NCBI GenBank assembly: GCA_039794845.1
Contig: JAUQVK010000101.1
Coordinates: forward strand, 50,416-114,415
DNA: 64,000 bases
DNA from: Thermostichus sp. DRC_bins_24
Lineage (GTDB): Bacteria > Cyanobacteriota > Cyanobacteriia > Thermostichales > Thermostichaceae
Direction of reading: 5' to 3'
Shown: one piece after another, positions 62,143 to 64,000 of the stretch
Layout of the letters: the number at the start of each line of letters is the position of its first letter
Position numbering within the stretch: position 1 is the stretch's first letter
The notes under the pieces: model-generated
Database searches by the model: none
The model's input: only the letters and a program-made list of their open reading frames with translations
Told to the model about the DNA's origin: nothing
Position numbers and translations under genes: made by a program

Positions 62143-62267
62143 GAGAAGTCCAAAAAGGGATCCCTCGCATTGTCAGCCATGTAGACCAAAGGGCTCTCAG
62201 GGCTTGGGATCTTTACAGATGTAGGTGCAGATGTTGACAGGTCAGCGGTAGGGATCCCCGAAGGAAC

Positions 62268-63746
62268 ATGGGGCAGACAGGCTACAGTAAAAAGACCATT
62301 AACATTCCTTCACGCATGATCCCCCTCCTGCTGCAACGGCTGCACGGACGTATTTCTACCCCACTGCGGGGCATTCACTGGACACCGGAGTTGTTCGGGA
62401 TCCTCTTGGTGTATTTTGTGCAAGGGGCGGTGGGCTTGGCGCGGCTAGCCACCAGTTTTTACCTGAAAGATAGCTTGGGCCTCAGTCCGGCACAGGTGGC
62501 AGCATTGACGGGTCTGGCCATGATCCCCTGGACCTTGAAACCCCTCTACGGCCTGCTGTCGGATACCGTTCCTGTGGCGGGCTACCGGCGCCGACCCTAT
62601 TTGCTACTCTCGGGCCTTCTGGGATGTGGGGCTTGGCTGGGCATGGCCCTGTGGGCTCCCACGGCTGGGTGGGCGACTTTGTGGGTGGTGTTGGGATCCC
62701 TGGCGGTGGCGGTGGGGGATGTGCGCGTTGATTCGTTGGTGGTGGAGCGGGTACGGGAGAGCGACTGGGCCGGTACAGGCACGCTGCAATCGCTCACCTG
62801 GGGGGCAACGGCCTTGGGATCCCTGTTGACTGCCTACTTGGGGGGGGCCCTTTTGGCCCAGTATTCGCCCCAGGTGGTGTTCGGGGCGACGGCCTTTTTG
62901 CCCTTGTTAATCGCCTTCTCGGCCTGGGTAATTGCCGATCATCCGGTGGCCCTGACCCAAGGCTGGGATCCGCTGCAACAGCAACTGGGGGCGGTGTGGC
63001 GGGCGGTGCGGCAGCCTGGCATTTTGTTGCCCGTGTTGTTCGTGTTTGTCTGGCAGGCCACCCCCAGCTCGGATGTGGCTTTTTTCTACTTCGTCACCAA
63101 TGATCTGGGCTTTGGGCCGGAATTTTTGGGGCAGGTACGGCTGGTGACGAGCATCGCCAGTTTGATCGGGGTGGGGATTTTTCAGGCTTATCTGCGGCGG
63201 ATCCCGTTGCGACCTCTGTTTGGCTGGATGACGGTGATCTCGGCGGGGTTGGGGCTGACCAGCCTGATTTTGGTTTATCACCTCAATCGCGGTTGGGGCA
63301 TTGACGATCACTGGTTTAGCTTGGGGGATAGTTTGGTACTGACGGTGGCCGGACAAGTTGCCTTCATGCCGGTGCTGGTACTGGCTGCACGCCTGTGTCC
63401 ACCTGGGATCGAGGCCACCCTGTTTGCCCTGCTGATGTCGGCGTTTAATTTGGCGGGGGTTCTTTCTCAAGAGCTGGGATCCCTGCTCATGCACTGGCTA
63501 GGAGTCACCGAGCAGGATTTCACTGCCTTGGGGATGTTGCTGATCTTGACCAACCTCTCGACGTTGTTACCTTTGCCCTTTTTGGGGTGGCTGCCGGAAG
63601 GGATCCCTGTGGGAGGAGCAGACTTGGAGGCTGAAGCTCACACCTCTCTAGAGAGTTTGTTGCAGGAGGTAAGAGCCGAAGAGGCTCAGGCAACCTTGGC
63701 CATGAACCCCCTGCAGTTGGGAGAAACAGATACGGCCAGTTCTTGA
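62268..63746 (+). CDS. Folate/biopterin (BT1/FBT) family MFS transporter
   Basis: VYFVQG, PWTLKPLYGLLSD, GYRRRPY, ARLCPPGIEATLFALLMS; start may be the ATG at 62316. Confidence 0.92.
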   Translation: MGQTGYSKKTINIPSRMIPLLLQRLHGRISTPLRGIHWTPELFGILLVYFVQGAVGLARLATSFYLKDSLGLSPAQVAALTGLAMIPWTLKPLYGLLSDTVPVAGYRRRPYLLLSGLLGCGAWLGMALWAPTAGWATLWVVLGSLAVAVGDVRVDSLVVERVRESDWAGTGTLQSLTWGATALGSLLTAYLGGALLAQYSPQVVFGATAFLPLLIAFSAWVIADHPVALTQGWDPLQQQLGAVWRAVRQPGILLPVLFVFVWQATPSSDVAFFYFVTNDLGFGPEFLGQVRLVTSIASLIGVGIFQAYLRRIPLRPLFGWMTVISAGLGLTSLILVYHLNRGWGIDDHWFSLGDSLVLTVAGQVAFMPVLVLAARLCPPGIEATLFALLMSAFNLAGVLSQELGSLLMHWLGVTEQDFTALGMLLILTNLSTLLPLPFLGWLPEGIPVGGADLEAEAHTSLESLLQEVRAEEAQATLAMNPLQLGETDTASS

Positions 63747-63904
63747 GTTGAAGTTGCAGACAAGCCGGAGTTCAAAACGCAAAATGAGCTGGGTCTTGAT
63801 CCGGTAGAGCCATGGCTGGATAGGAATCGATAGCCCATGCCTTCTATCCTATTTCGCTGAAACTGACAAAAGAGGCATAGTCAAAGTCCAGCTTGGCATC
63901 CTTC

Positions 63905-63927
63905 TGTCAATATGACATCATGTTGTC
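63905..63927. promoter_or_regulatory. Overlapping palindromes, candidate MarR operator
   Basis: TGTCA-ATA-TGACA and GACA-TCATGT-TGTC immediately before the ATG at 63930. Confidence 0.45.
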
Positions 63928-63929
63928 TC

Positions 63930-64000
63930 ATGAGCGGTTCTAAATCGAAGGGAGATGTTTTCACCGAACTGATTCTTGAAGTCTTTCGGTTGAATGGCCT
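63930..64000 (+). CDS. Probable MarR-family regulator, 5' fragment
   Basis: MSGSKSKGDVFTELILEVFRLNG resembles MarR N-termini; only 23 codons are visible. Confidence 0.5.
   Translation, partial: MSGSKSKGDVFTELILEVFRLNG

Overview
Chromosomal window of a thermophilic unicellular cyanobacterium, most likely Thermostichus (Yellowstone-type Synechococcus OS-A/OS-B' relatives). This is inferred from cyanobacterial gene content (nirA-nrtABCD-narB-narM, NtcA boxes, SphR Pho box, sqdX, PatA-type regulator) and the very frequent palindrome GGGATCCC. The housekeeping backbone includes serS, ilvC, purB, pyrB, pstSCAB, dapA, rnj, purD, thiOSG, recF and rph. Small accessory modules interrupt it. (1) An AT-rich islet encodes a lipoprotein with a Cys-rich module and a C-terminal AHH nuclease plus an Imm11-like immunity gene, with no recognisable delivery domain; this is the best candidate for an undescribed system. 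(2) Two integrase-free islets are each bracketed by a duplicated 3' end of the upstream gene, and the copies differ mostly at synonymous sites. (3) Three toxin-antitoxin pairs plus Uma2 and HsdR-like genes are present, several inside nitrogen-assimilation operons, and one overlaps the narB start. (4) Mobile elements include a tnpB-only IS200/IS605 element, two families of TA-flanked TACAGC MITEs and an ISAs1 relic. (5) An NtcA-box-associated transport and amide-catabolism cluster of unknown substrate lacks its ABC ATPase. No rRNA, tRNA or CRISPR array was seen. All calls come from reading the sequence and recognising motifs; no database searches were run.
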